Source: Candidatus Sulfomarinibacteraceae bacterium (lineage in GTDB: Bacteria; Acidobacteriota; Thermoanaerobaculia; Thermoanaerobaculales; Sulfomarinibacteraceae). Taken from it: 64,000 bases of DNA. The notes under the pieces were generated by a model. It worked only from the letters and a program-made list of their open reading frames with translations. It did no database searches and had not been told where the DNA came from. The stretch's first letter is position 1, and each line of letters opens with the position of its first letter. The position numbers and the translations under genes are program-made. Shown here piece after piece: positions 29,308 through 41,000 of the stretch. The DNA lies in assembly GCA_963796455.1 (NCBI GenBank), contig CAWCLO010000006.1, positions 156,087 through 220,086 of the forward strand. Reading direction: 5' to 3'.

Positions 29308-30650
29308 GCCGCAATTCCCTTTTCGCGGTCCCCGTTGGAAAGGTAGGACTCACCCAGGCTGTCCCAGGTATTTGCATCATCGGGAAACCGTTGCGTATTG
29401 AGTTCGAAGACCGCAATGGCTGCCGCAACCTCGCCCTCACCCAAAAACTCATAGCCGAGCATGTTGAGGTCGCTGCTCGAGCGAAGTCGGTAGCCCTTTT
29501 CTTCGAGGAATCCCCCGATGTCGGCCGGAGCCGGATCGAGACCGCCACCCTTCAACGCTCCGTATACGGCCTGTCCGATGGGCTGTTGCGGCGGTTCATA
29601 GCTCTCACCGAAAACGATCGCCTCGATCGTTCGCGCGGGCCCCATGGCGGCACCGGTGTAATTGGAGAGCACGATGATTGTGACCTCGTCTTCAAGGAAG
29701 CGCAGAAACATGGCGCTGACGCCGGCGGTGCCACCGCCATGAAAAATGGCGCGGCGACCATTGCGCTCGCGGATCTGCCATGTGTAGCCATAGTTGTCGA
29801 GATTCGGGGTGTACATTTTTGCCTTCGACTCATTGCTGATGAGGGTCTCGCCACGAAGTGCGCGATCGAACTTGAGCAGATCCAGCACCGTCGTCTCGAT
29901 ACCGCCATCCGCACAGGCGGGTGGAGCCTGGCAAACGGCTGCGGTGAATTTCCCTGAAAGACCTTTTGTGTAGCCGGTGGCCCGATTCGGCACGACCTCG
30001 TCCCAGAAGTTGATTCCCGTGGAGGTCATTCCGGTTGGACCGAGAATATTTTTCTGCAGATACTCCTCATACTGCAGGCCGCTGACTTTTTCGATCACCA
30101 AACCGAGGACCACGACGCCGGAATTTGAGTACGCGAATTCAGACCCGGGCTCATCGAAACGCAGTTCCTGGTCATAGACCAGGGGCAGGAAATCATCGAT
30201 TTCGCGGAGCCGCGCCATCTGCGTCCTGAATCCGGGGTGCGCCATGTAGTTCGAGAGTCCCGAGGTGTGCGACAGGAGGTGGTGAATCGTGATCCCATCC
30301 CCATAAGGAAACTCCGGGAGGTACCGGGTGACCGGCGCCTCGAGTTCGACCTTGCCCGCCTCCACGAGCTGCATGATGGCCGTACCGGTCAGGGTCTTGC
30401 CGATGGATCCGATGTTGAAGCGGGTTTCCAGAATATTGGCGACACCATGATCTTTGTTGGCTTCCCCGAAGGCGGCGGCATAGATCACATCGCCCTGTCG
30501 TGCCACCAACACAGTGCCCGAGAACAGGTCGAGCTCCGCGTACTCGCCCATAACTCGATCGATCGACTCGACCACCTCCACAGCCTGTAAACATCCCGCG
30601 GCGAAGATCGAGACGACGACCAGAACGAAAGAAACCTGCAAACGTTTCAT
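29229..30650 (-). CDS. Beta-lactamase-fold serine hydrolase (class C/PBP-like) with C-terminal TPR repeats
   Basis: Signal/lipobox IFAAGC. SxxK motif SIGKTLTG, YSN motif (FAYSNSG). C-terminal TPR (ANTWDSLGESYLSNGDREKGIAAYRKALEIDPTF). Confidence 0.85.
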   Translation of the reverse strand: MKRLQVSFVLVVVSIFAAGCLQAVEVVESIDRVMGEYAELDLFSGTVLVARQGDVIYAAAFGEANKDHGVANILETRFNIGSIGKTLTGTAIMQLVEAGKVELEAPVTRYLPEFPYGDGITIHHLLSHTSGLSNYMAHPGFRTQMARLREIDDFLPLVYDQELRFDEPGSEFAYSNSGVVVLGLVIEKVSGLQYEEYLQKNILGPTGMTSTGINFWDEVVPNRATGYTKGLSGKFTAAVCQAPPACADGGIETTVLDLLKFDRALRGETLISNESKAKMYTPNLDNYGYTWQIRERNGRRAIFHGGGTAGVSAMFLRFLEDEVTIIVLSNYTGAAMGPARTIEAIVFGESYEPPQQPIGQAVYGALKGGGLDPAPADIGGFLEEKGYRLRSSSDLNMLGYEFLGEGEVAAAIAVFELNTQRFPDDANTWDSLGESYLSNGDREKGIAAYRKALEIDPTFDNAIQVLKRLEAGE

Positions 30651-30778
30651 GACAATCCCCCACCATCGTTTGGCGATCATTGTGACTTCAGGTACGAGCC
30701 GCACGACGCAAAGGTTATCGCAGCGCACCGCACCGCTGTAGAATGGCGCCGCGTCGCATGAGCGACGCGGGGGGGAAA

Positions 30779-32906
30779 ATGAAACGACAGCTTCTCTCGA
30801 TAACCCTGTCCGGTCTCACGACGATCGCCCTACTGGGTTGCGGTTATGTCGAAGACACCTCGACCGCCATCGCCTATCCGCCAACCGAGCGCGGCGATGT
30901 TGTCGACACCTATTTCGGTGTGGAGGTTGCCGACCCCTATCGGTGGCTCGAGGATCTCGATGGCGAGTCGGTGGCTGCCTGGGTCAAGGCCCAGAACGAC
31001 ATCTCCTTCCCCTTCCTCGAGGCGATCCCACAACGCGAAGCGATCAAACAACGTCTGACCGAACTGTGGAATTACGAGCGCTATGGGATACCGAAGAAAG
31101 AGGGCGCCAGGTACTTCTTCGCCCGCAACGACGGCCTCCAGGATCAGAGCGTGCTCTATGTCTCCGAATCCCTCGAAGGTGAGCCCCGGGTCCTGATCGA
31201 CCCCAATACCTTTTCCGATGATGCCACGATCGCCCTGTCTTCCTGGGTGCCGAGCCCCGATGGAAAGTGGATCGCCTATTCCACCTCCGACGGCGGAACC
31301 GATTGGAAGACCTGGCACATCCGCAACGTGGACACCGGAGAGGACCTTGCGGACTCGATCAACCGCTGCAAATTCACCGGCGTCTCGTGGTCAAAAAACA
31401 GCGGCGGCTTTTTCTACAGCCGCTACCCGGCCGGCGAGGATGGCAGGGGCGACGGTTCGAAAACCACCTCGGTCTATTTCCACACCAAGGGCACGTCACA
31501 GGAAGATGACGAGCACATCTACACCATTCCCGGCGGCACGAAAAAGAACCCCTACGCGACGGTCACCGACGATGGCAATTATCTGGTCGTGACCAATCGT
31601 TATGGCTATGACGCCAACGAAGTCTTTTATCTTCGCCTCGGCTCCGGCCAGACCGATCACACAGCCATTTTCGATCAATGGGACGCGCGCTACAACTTTG
31701 TCGGCAACGACGGAGAAACTTTTTTCTTCTGGACCAACAGGGATGCGCCACGGGGACGCGTGATCGCCGTTGATCTTGGAGCAGGAGCAGGCTCCCTCCG
31801 TGAGGTCGTGCCCGAGGCCGAGGAAACTCTGAGCTCGGTCTCCTTTGTCGGCCGACACCTCATCGGACAATACTTGCGGGACGCCCACAGCCTGATCCGG
31901 GTTTTTGCAGAGGATGGAGCCCTCGTCCGCGAGGCGGCGCTCCCGGGCATGGGCACTGCGCGCGGTTTTTCCGGCCGCGGCGACGACACCGAGACCTTCT
32001 TTTCCTACACCGATTTCACGACACCGACCGCGATCTTCCGATACACGGTGGACAGCGACGAGAGCAAGCTCTTCGCCCGCTCCCAGCCCCCGGTCGATCT
32101 CACCGGTTATGAGGCCAAACAGGTTTTCTTCGAATCGAAGGACGGCACCCGGGTGCCCATGTTCATCGTCCATCGCAAGGGACTGGCTCTCGACGGGCAG
32201 AATCCAACTCTGCTCTATGGATATGGCGGATTCAACAGCTCGCGAGACTCCGTCCTACCGCTCGACGCGGATGGTGTGGCTCGAGATGGGAGGCGTGCTG
32301 GTCATCGCCAACATCCGCGGCGGCGGCGAGTACGGCAAGGCTTGGCACGTAGCCGGCACCAAGCTGCAGAAACAGAACGTCTTCGATGACTTCATCGCGG
32401 CGGCCGAGTGGCTGATCGCCAACGGCTATACCTCGACCCCGAAACTGGCCGTCCAGGGGGGCAGCAATGGCGGCCTCCTGGTCGGCGCCGTCATCACCCA
32501 ACGTCCTGATCTCTTTGGTGCGGCGCTGCCTGCCGTCGGGGTGCTCGACATGCTGCGCTACCACCTGCCCAGTGCCAATGCCCGACAGTGGTCGTCGGAC
32601 TACGGTCTTTCGGAAAACGAGGACGAGTTCCGGGCACAGCTCGCCTACTCGCCCTATCACAACACGGTCGAGGGCACCTGTTACCCGCCTACACTGATCA
32701 CCACCGCTGACCACGACGACCGGGTGGTTCCGTGGCACAGTTTCAAGTTCGGAGCGGCGCTGCAGAACGCCCAGGCATGCGACAACCCGATCCTGATCCG
32801 GGTCGAAACCCGGGCCGGTCACGGCTCCGGCAAACCCACCTGGATGCAGATCGAGGCGATCGCGGACCAGTGGGCGTTTCTGGCAAAGGCATTGCACCTT
32901 GAATAA
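30779..32906 (+). pseudogene. Prolyl oligopeptidase (S9A) lipoprotein; one frame break (pseudogene or indel error)
   Basis: N-terminal propeller in ORF 30743..32389 (DPYRWLEDLD, lipobox LLGC). Catalytic domain in ORF 31905..32906 ([21 protein letters not shown]). Frame changes at ~32238-32246, between YGYGGFNSS and [17 protein letters not shown]. Confidence 0.85.
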
Positions 32907-32927
32907 TTCAAAGATCGGCCGGCGATC

Positions 32928-34062
32928 ATGACTGCGACCGGAAAAAACACCGTCGACTGCCCGCATCGCGTCCCGTGTGGCGCCTGCTCACTGCTGCGAA
33001 AGCCCTACCCGGAGCAGCTCAAACAAAAGCGACGGTGGCTCGGCGAAGCCCTCGACAAAGAACTCACCATTCAGACCGAGCAGGTGCTTCTGACCCTCGA
33101 GTCGCCTCTGATCGAGGGCTATCGAAACCGGGCCAAGATGGCGATCTCCACCGATCGCGACAGGCGATCCAGTCTCGGGTATTTCCAACGGCGCAGCCGG
33201 GAGGTGGTGGACGCACCCGATTGCGGCGTGCTGGTCCCGGAGTTGCTCCAGACCACCCGGAGTCTCCGCCGCTTGATGAATTCATCCACCCGATTTCCCT
33301 TCGTACTCCGGCATGTCGACCTCCGCTGCGGCAGCGATCCTCGACAACAGCACCTGACCCTCGTCATCAAGTCGGAGACCCTGCCAAAGATCCCTCTCGA
33401 GGCCATCGTGAATGCCTGCCCCAACGTGGCCGGGATCGCCGTCAACCTCAACCCCAAAGGAGGTCCCCAGGTCATCAAGGGCCGGATTGATCCCCTGTGG
33501 GGCGAACGCGAGGTCTGGGTCCGATCCGCAGGCCTCGAATTGAGAGTCTCCCCAGGTTCGTTTTTCCAGGTGAATCTGGGCCTTTTGGAGAAGATCCACT
33601 CGCGGATGGCGGAGTTTCTCGGAGAAGGCAAACTGCTCTTCGACCTGTACGCCGGTGTCGGAACCCATGCCCTTGCCCTGCGTCAACAGTTCCGGCGCAT
33701 CCTCTGCGTCGAGGGCGTCCGCAGCGCAACGGCGGATGCCAAAGCGGCGGTCAAATTGGGCCGGGTGGAAAATGTCGAGATCCTGGCCAATCCGATCCGC
33801 CGCGCACTGCACCGGCTCCGTTCCGAAAAACCCGACGCCGTGATCCTCAACCCTTCCGCTGCCGGCGCCGAAGAATTGGCCCTTGAAATGATCGTCGAGT
33901 CAACGGCGACGCTCGGTGGCCTATCTCTCCTGCGACCCCGAGACCCTTGCCCGCGATCTCGCCATCCTCGTCAAGGGCGGTTTCAAACTGGTCACGGTCC
34001 AGGCCGTCGACATGATGCCGCAGACCCGGCAGGTGGAATCGCTGACACTCTTGCGTCGCTGA
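32928..34062 (+). pseudogene. SAM-dependent RNA (uracil-5)-methyltransferase, TrmA/RlmD family; one frame break near the 3' end
   Basis: Cys cluster CPHRVPCGACSL, SAM motif LFDLYAGVGTHAL. After ~33915-33920 the correct frame reads [48 protein letters not shown]-stop (34060-34062). Confidence 0.8.
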
Positions 34063-34152
34063 CCACGGCGTCCGTCGGCAAAGCTCCCCGATGACGTTAC
34101 CGGTAAAAGCCGCCATCGGTTGACCGTCACATGAGCCGACGAGAATCGCTGT

Positions 34153-35336
34153 CTATCTCGTGCTCCACGTCCCGCTGCACGAATAAGCCTCGCCCCAGGC
34201 GGTGGCCACGTTCTTGATTTCACCGCTGCCGGTGAGAGCGTTGCCGGAAGCCGATGGGTTGACGTGCCCCGTCATCACGATGGTGTCCATCGATGTGACC
34301 GAGATCTCGCCGGCGGCATTGACCGTTCCCTCCGCGATTCGGGTGAAATTATCGAAGTACAAAAGACCTTCGGCCTTGGGCACTTTGACGGTCAGGTCGA
34401 AATTCCCGGTCGTCGTCACTGCCCCGATCGGCTGGCATTTCCACTGGTAATCACCCTTCAAGGTGTACTCCCCGCTGCCCAAATGACCACTGCCGGTCGA
34501 TGGTGAAGCCACGGTGCTCGGCGGTTGGTTCGGAACCACAGGCGGTGGTGGTGGCGGGGCGGTCGTCGGTGGTGACGGCTGCGATTGCGTTTGGCCCGCA
34601 GGTGGAGACACCGGCGCGTCGGTCCCACCGGGCTGTGGATCGCCGATCGTGGCCAACGCCGACTCCAGCTGTCGTCGCAGCTCCGGATCCTTGATCTGAC
34701 TCATATCGATCTTGCCCACCATCGATCCCGATTCCTCCGGTTGCGGCGTCGGCACGGGAGTGGGAACGGCCCGGATGGTCGGCGTTGGTGTTGGTGGTGG
34801 CGGCGGCGGCTGATTCCTCGGCGGGTTTCCCGGAGGGTTCCCAGGAGGGTTCCCAGGAGGGTCCTTCCGGGAGGCAACACGAGAGGAGCCGGCGGCATGG
34901 CGCAGCGCAGTTGCCCCCTGTCGTTGGGCAAACACTGCATGCCGGCGCCACAGATGGCGGTTCCACAGCATTCCGCGGGCGGCACCGCACAGCGCGAGCC
35001 ACCGGCGCAGTTCATGCAGACCATGCCAGCACCGCAGATCGCCGAACCACAGCACACTGCCGGACGAACTGCACAGCGTGAACCACCGGCGCAGTTCATA
35101 CAGATCATGTTGTCGCCGCAAACGGCGTCGCCACAACACACCGCTGGCGGCACAGCGCACTCGGGGCCACGCGCACAAACGATGCATTGCATGTTCGGGC
35201 CGCAATCGTCGGAGCCCGGTCGACAGTCGTCTGCCCACAAGACCGTTGGTTGGATCAACGCGTAACCTGAAATGATCAACACACAGACCGCAAACCCGAG
35301 AGAGTACCGAGGCCTCGAGAACGTTTGTTCATTCAT
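34153..35336 (-). pseudogene. Secreted protein: Cys-rich 31-aa repeats x3, Pro-rich linker, C-terminal beta-rich domain; one frame break
   Basis: ATG 35336 (GGGGAGAG RBS) with signal/TM segment. Repeats have the form CCGxAxCGxxMxCxNCAGGSRCAVxPA, in ORF 34701..35444. The linker KDPPGNPPGNPPGNPPRNQPPPPPPTPTPT and the rest are in ORF 34153..35238. Shift near 34870-34900. Confidence 0.6.
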
Positions 35337-35356
35337 CTTCAACTCTCCCCGCCGGA

Positions 35357-36496
35357 TCACGGCGCCGTTCGAAACATGGAGTATCCGCTGTGAGCAAACC
35401 AAGGGTCGCTCTTTTGGCTGCGATCGCAAGCCGCCACTCGCCAAATGTAGTAGATGTTCGCCACCAGCCCATTGGCCTGTGTCAGAGTGTAGTAATCACC
35501 CGGGGCCCAGTCGGCAACCATCGGCGTCCACTGCTGGGTGGCCGCATTCCACCACCAGATCTCGATCCAGAAAGCGAGCGGATCTCCGTCCGGGTCACCG
35601 TTGTTCTGCCACGAAAGCTGGATGGCCCCCTCATATCGCAACGGAAACGGAGATTCCCACCCTCCGGGAGAAACGGTAGGTGCATTCGGAGGTCGATTGA
35701 CGGCTGGAGGTGCAACGGTCGGTTGCGGCGGCGGTGGCGAGACCTGGCCACCGCAGTCGGTGCAGGCGTAGACTCGTGCGTCCTTCCCGACAACAATCGG
35801 CTGTCCACCCTCGGATACCGACACCCGGGCCGCGCCCTGCGGTGGTCGGTGCCGCCGCCACTGGTTTCCGTCGTGGCTCCAGAGATTGCCGCCCGTGTCG
35901 GCCACCCACACGTGGCCGCGGCCGTCGATGTCGAGATCGCCGACTTTCGGCCCGCCGCTCACCTCCAGGTTCGTCCACTTGCCGTTGGTGATGCGGTGGG
36001 GCCCACCGCCGTTCCCGATGGCCGCCATGACACCGGCGGCGTTGCTCTCGATCCCCAGACCGTAGCCGATTTTGGCGTTCTTCCATCCCTGGCCGTCGAA
36101 GTAGTGAAAGTGCCTGCCACCCCCCAAGGAGGCCCACGGCCGGTTCTGGGCGTCCACCGAGATCCTCGAGGCAGTGGCGCCGGGGATCTCGTTCCAGCCC
36201 GAGCCGTTGCTCTTGTAAATTTTCCAGCCCGAGGGCCCCGCGACCACCGGTTTCTGATCCGGTCCGACATCGATGACCGTGGCCCCGGTCAATGGCGTTG
36301 CGTGCGGCTGCCAACCAGAGCTGGTGGCAAAATAGATCCGATTGTCCTCCCCCACGACCCATACCGTGGTCCCGGAGATGGATACGTCCTTGGCCTTGAT
36401 ACCGATGTCGTTCCACTGCTCGGCGCCGGACGGATCCGCAGACAGAATCAAAACCACGAATACAACGAGAAGAACCATAGGATGTAACCGTTTCAT
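35357..36496 (-). CDS. Secreted tectonin-like (TECPR) beta-propeller protein with C-terminal FN3-like domain
   Basis: ATG 36496 (GGCAGGAGGA RBS) and signal peptide. Repeated W..I.G.a..ISv....vWvv.....iy units (e.g. WNDIGIKAKDVSISGTTVWVVGEDNRIYFATSSGW). 20-nt gap to the downstream Cys-rich gene. Confidence 0.75.
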   Translation of the reverse strand: MKRLHPMVLLVVFVVLILSADPSGAEQWNDIGIKAKDVSISGTTVWVVGEDNRIYFATSSGWQPHATPLTGATVIDVGPDQKPVVAGPSGWKIYKSNGSGWNEIPGATASRISVDAQNRPWASLGGGRHFHYFDGQGWKNAKIGYGLGIESNAAGVMAAIGNGGGPHRITNGKWTNLEVSGGPKVGDLDIDGRGHVWVADTGGNLWSHDGNQWRRHRPPQGAARVSVSEGGQPIVVGKDARVYACTDCGGQVSPPPPQPTVAPPAVNRPPNAPTVSPGGWESPFPLRYEGAIQLSWQNNGDPDGDPLAFWIEIWWWNAATQQWTPMVADWAPGDYYTLTQANGLVANIYYIWRVAACDRSQKSDPWFAHSGYSMFRTAP

Positions 36497-36599
36497 TGTC
36501 CTGTCCTCCTGCCGTTCATTTCTGTGCCTGTGGCGCAATTCTACACGACGCAAAATCGTTTGTGCGATTGAGAATCGATTTAAATCTAAGCAATCAATC

Positions 36600-36627
36600 T
36601 TGCAACAATGTCGAATCATCGTAGAAT
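36600..36627 (+). promoter_or_regulatory. Candidate sigma70-like promoter
   Basis: TTGCAA (36600-36605), 16-nt spacer, TAGAAT (36622-36627), 26 nt before the ATG at 36653 with a GAGGAGG RBS. Palindrome GATTTAAATC at 36577-36586 lies just upstream. Confidence 0.4.
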
Positions 36628-36652
36628 CGGCGCACACAAAGAGGAGGTCGCA

Positions 36653-38077
36653 ATGGAAACGCTACCCGGCAATGGGGTCGATGCGCTACCCGGTCTTGGA
36701 GCCTTCTTCGGACTCAGCCTGCTCTGCGGATTGGTGCTCTACATCTACTTCTGCTTCATGCTGATGAAGATCGCCAACCGAACTCAAACTCCCGATGGGT
36801 GGATGGCGTGGATCCCGATTCTCAACTTCGTTCTGATGTGCCGGATCGCCGGCCGCCCGAGCTGGTGGGTGATTCTGATGCTCATTCCGTTCGTCAATCT
36901 GATCGCCTTCATCGTGATCTGGATGGGCATCGCCGTGGCCTGCGGCAAGGACAGTTGGATCGGGTTGCTCATCATCGTTCCAGTCGTCGGACTCTTGATG
37001 CCCGCCTACCTGGCGTTCTCGGGCGGCCTGGGAGTTGCGCCATCTGCCAGACCAAAGGCCCCCGTCGCTTCGCCTCCCGCACGCAGTGCCACCGGCTGTG
37101 CGGCTTGCGGCGCCGGCGTCGATCCCGGCGACTCCTTCTGTGGCAGCTGCGGCCAAGCGATACCGCAGACGGTCCCCGCCGCGCCCTCCACACCATCATC
37201 GGGGCCGAGGTTGGTCCTGGCTTTGGTCGCCGTGGCGGCGATTGTGGGCATGGCTGCCATCGGTTTTCTCGGCTACCGCATGCTGAGCAGAGCGGCCGCC
37301 AGCGCCGCCTCCGGGTTCGAGCTGGAGAATCCCACGGCCGATAACAAGTCTCGGATCCGGAGCCCTCCTCCCGCAACGAGGCGGACGGCGACGTCCACCA
37401 CTACGGATCGCTCAACGAGGCCGTGCAGGCCGATGCCCAACCGACGGATCAGCGGATCACGAAACCTTCCAGGTCACCGAGGACGATTCCTACGAAGGCG
37501 CAGCGCCGCCCATTGGTGTGCAGAGTTCCACCGTCGATCTCGGCTCCGGGGTCGAGACCGGGCAAGGCGCCCCGCTGGTTTACCGAGAATCCAGTGGCGC
37601 ATCGTTAGGCACCAATGACGAACTGATCGCTGCGGCCATCGAAGGTCCGGTCGATAGGGTCCTGGATCTGATCGGCCGCGGGGCCAACGTCAACGCCCGG
37701 ACGAGACCGGACAGATTCCCCTGGTGATGGCCGTCCTCGGAGGTGACCCCGACATCGTCGGCACGCTCGCAGCCGCGGGCGCCGACCTCAACGCAACAGA
37801 CTCCGAAGGGCGGACTGCTCTCCACTACGCCATTGACCCGTTCATCACCGATATCCTGCTGACCTCAGGGGCTGATGCCAACGCCCGGGACCGCAACGGC
37901 ATCACCCCGCTGATGGAAGCGGCCGATGCAGGCGAGGCGGAGACGGTCGGGATGCTTCTGGATTACGGCGCAAATCCAGGCGCAAGGGATTCGTCGGGCA
38001 GATCCGCGATGTCGATCGCCCGCGAAAATGGTTTCGACGATATCGAGCAGCTTCTCGAGAACGCGGGTGGGATGTAG
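36653..38077 (+). pseudogene. Mosaic membrane protein: DUF5684-like TM domain, zinc ribbon, TM helix, acidic linker, ankyrin repeats; needs three -1 frame corrections
   Basis: Frame 2 covers METLPG..WMAWIPILNFVLMCRIAGRPSWWVILMLIPFVNLIAFIV, CAACGAGVDPGDSFCGSCG and a TM helix. It then switches frame at ~37345, ~37461 and ~37699 into NDELIAAAIEG..GANVNAR(D)ETGQIPLVMAVLGGDPDIV..GRTALHYA..GITPLMEAADAGEAE. Each switch equals a 1-nt deletion. Confidence 0.6.
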
Positions 38078-38079
38078 GG

Positions 38080-41000
38080 TCAGTCTTTTCGCGCGAAGAT
38101 CCAGCTGAAACGGAACTCGTAATCGGTTCCCGTTTTCGGATCGTCGAGGGAACGTACGATATCCGCCGGGGAGTTGATAAAGCTTTCCCTCGGCGAGAAG
38201 AGTTGAACCTCCGAAAGCAACCCCGCCTCTCTTGATTTCAAGGTCAGAGAACGAAACCCTGACGGTTTCAAAGGGATGTCCGCCAGCATCGGGTCTGAAA
38301 CAGGCATGAGCGCAACGCTCTTCACCGTCAGGTAGTACTCCCCGTCAAAGCGGCGGATGCTGAACTTCGCCGGCAAACCAGGAGAACGAATCAACTTACC
38401 AAGGGCCGGCGCAACCTCCTCGACACCCTTGATCAATTCGCCGCCCAACTCCTCCATGAATTTCTGGTCCTCTTGCGCCTCTCGTTTTTGGCTGCGCTCG
38501 TGATCGGTGGCCGTGGGCAAGCGACGGATTCTGGCCCTCTCCTGATCCACCTGCTCGTTATAGATGCTCCTGACCTGGACCATGCTTTTGGTGAGGTAGA
38601 GGCCGTGCGTCTCGCGGACGAAACCCGACCAGTCGCCGACAAAGGGATCGCGATTCGGGACCGGTGCCGGGTGACTTTCATTGCCGAACTCGTCGATAAC
38701 GCTCACCGTGAAGACGTAGTCGTCGGTCGAAGGCATGCCGGGGTCGTAGTCGTAAGACTCCAGTCTCGTTCGATCGACCCGGCTGAACGCAGAGTTCGGC
38801 TGCCCCGCAAGCTTCCGAAAGACCTGATACTCGCGCCAGACCTCTGGATAATTTTTGAGGGCGACCTCGTCCCACTCGACCTGCCAGGTATTTGCGGGCG
38901 TTTGCCAGTACCGAACGTTTTCCGGGGGGACCAAAAGCCACCGCTGGACATTTACTCCGCGAACCGACTCCTCCAGTGAACGGTTGACCGCCACTACCGT
39001 GACGCAGTCGGGATGAGATTCTTGACCGACCTGGTCGATCACCAGGATCGGCAGTTTGTCCGGCGCCAGGGGGATCTTTTCCATCGGATCCGGGCGGCCG
39101 GGATAGGGTGCGAATCCGATGCATTCATCCTTCCCCATATACAGCGCCAGGTCCGGCGAGACAGGCTCGTTGCTTTCGAATCGAACCACCAGCTTCGCTT
39201 TTTGGGTTTCGGGAAACTCCCCCACGCTCATGTAGACAGCTTCAGCGGAAAGATGCGGCAGGTGGCGGCGCCCGTGTTTTTCTTCAACCCCGAACTCGTG
39301 TGACGCCCACGGATTGACAAAATGCCAGGAGGTACCGGGTAACCCGATTGAGACGTTGATGAACTTCTTATCGGTCAGAGAAAGCGCCTCCATCAGAACC
39401 GGCTGAAAGGCGCCAGTGTGGTATCCCGGGACCATACCTGGAGATCGCCCATGCCCCTTCCAGAACTCGTTGTGGAAAAAATCCAGTGCGAATTCCGTAA
39501 ACAGATCGGCCAGACCCCGATTGCCACCCTTCAAAGTTTTTCTACCCGCCGCATCGAGATCCTCGAGCTCGACGAAATGACCCAACCAGCTTTCAGCCGC
39601 AGCCACGAGAAACTTCAACCCGGCTCGCGTGCCGAAGCCCTGGTCCAACCACCGCGGAAAAACGAAGTACGGGTCGATGACCAATCCACCCGCGTCCATC
39701 GGCCACTGAGGGATGACGCCACCTTTCACTACCGACGTCGGCAAAAGCCGTTTCAGTGGCCGTCCCTGATCCTCCCAGTAATGGAAGGCGACGTAGGCGG
39801 CCATGAGATCGATGAACCATCCCGAATAACGGGCCGTGAGCGCGCTGAAATGCTCGTCGAGCGCTACGTTTGTAAGTTCGCGCGCCGCGGCGTAGCGGAT
39901 GATCTCGTCGGCTGGGACCCGCGCCCTCGCGGCGAGACTAATCAGCTCCGACGAGACGAACAACGGTCCGCCGAGTTGCGTGGCTCCAAACCAATGTCCG
40001 ATGCCCTGAACGAATACGTCGTGCCGGATGATTTTGACCACCGGCACATCGAGACCCATCTTGTTGAAACCCGTCAGACAGTCCTCCAGCAGTTCTCCGA
40101 GATACCGCACGTAGAGTGGATGGCCGTCCGGGGTGTTTTTGCCACCAAACGTAACGCCGGCCTCACGAAAAGCCTTGTCGTCCGGGACGGCATGTTTCCC
40201 GGTCGTCACATAGTGGATCTTGAAGTTTCCTCTCGGTGTTTCGTACTCGAGTCCAGAGGTAACCCACCACGCCGCTGAGTAGACCTGTGCGCGACCCGTG
40301 CTGGTCCCCGCGACCGCTCCCACCGCCGCAAGACCGGCCACACCCACCGGCCACGCGACACTTGTACCAGCACCAGCAGCAGCAGCCAGGTTGAGCGTGC
40401 TGCCCGCAATCTGCGGGACCAGGGCAGGGGTTGGGATAGCCGCAATGGGGGCGGCGACGCTTGCATGCGGGAGTTCGGCGGTGATGGTTTTTTTCTCGCG
40501 ATCGATCCGCGACGGGAACGCCACCCAGCGGCCGTTTTCCCAGCATGCGATAGCCGGCAGATCCCCATCGCTCAGCCCTTCATAGGGCAAGGTCAAGGTC
40601 ACCGGTCGTTGAAAGGTGTAGTGCTCCCGGTCACCGATGCGGAGGTCCACCGCCGGTCCGGCGAATGGTGCCGCCATCTCGTCCGAGACCCTGAGCAACG
40701 GGGTCATCGATATCTCTGTGGCGATACCGATGGCGCCGGGTGGGACCTTGAGAGATGCAGTTTCTGAAAATGCCAACTCGGCGCCGCTCGCGGGCTCGTA
40801 GTGTGTCGCGACCCGGCCGAAATCGAAGTCGACCCGTTCACCCGGAGGTTGGGGCTCGGACCGCTCACCGGTCGTCGACTGCTCCTCGGCCCACCGCGCC
40901 CACGCTTCCGGATTGTCCACCAGCGTGATGTGCGGTTCGTACCGCGGCCCCCGCCAGAACGCCATCCGGTCGAACCATTTCGGATTGATCCACAGGACCA

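Noticed and set aside
34153-34722. Alternative model: an independent downstream gene starting at ATG 34722 (MVGKIDMSQ..., GGAGGA 9 nt upstream) instead of a frameshifted fusion
   Set aside because: Not adopted. The upstream Pro-rich sequence in the same frame (PPGNPPGNPPGN...PPPPPPTPTPT) looks like a genuine linker, the Cys-rich ORF tail in its own frame looks like off-frame junk, and the short model lacks a signal peptide. It remains possible.
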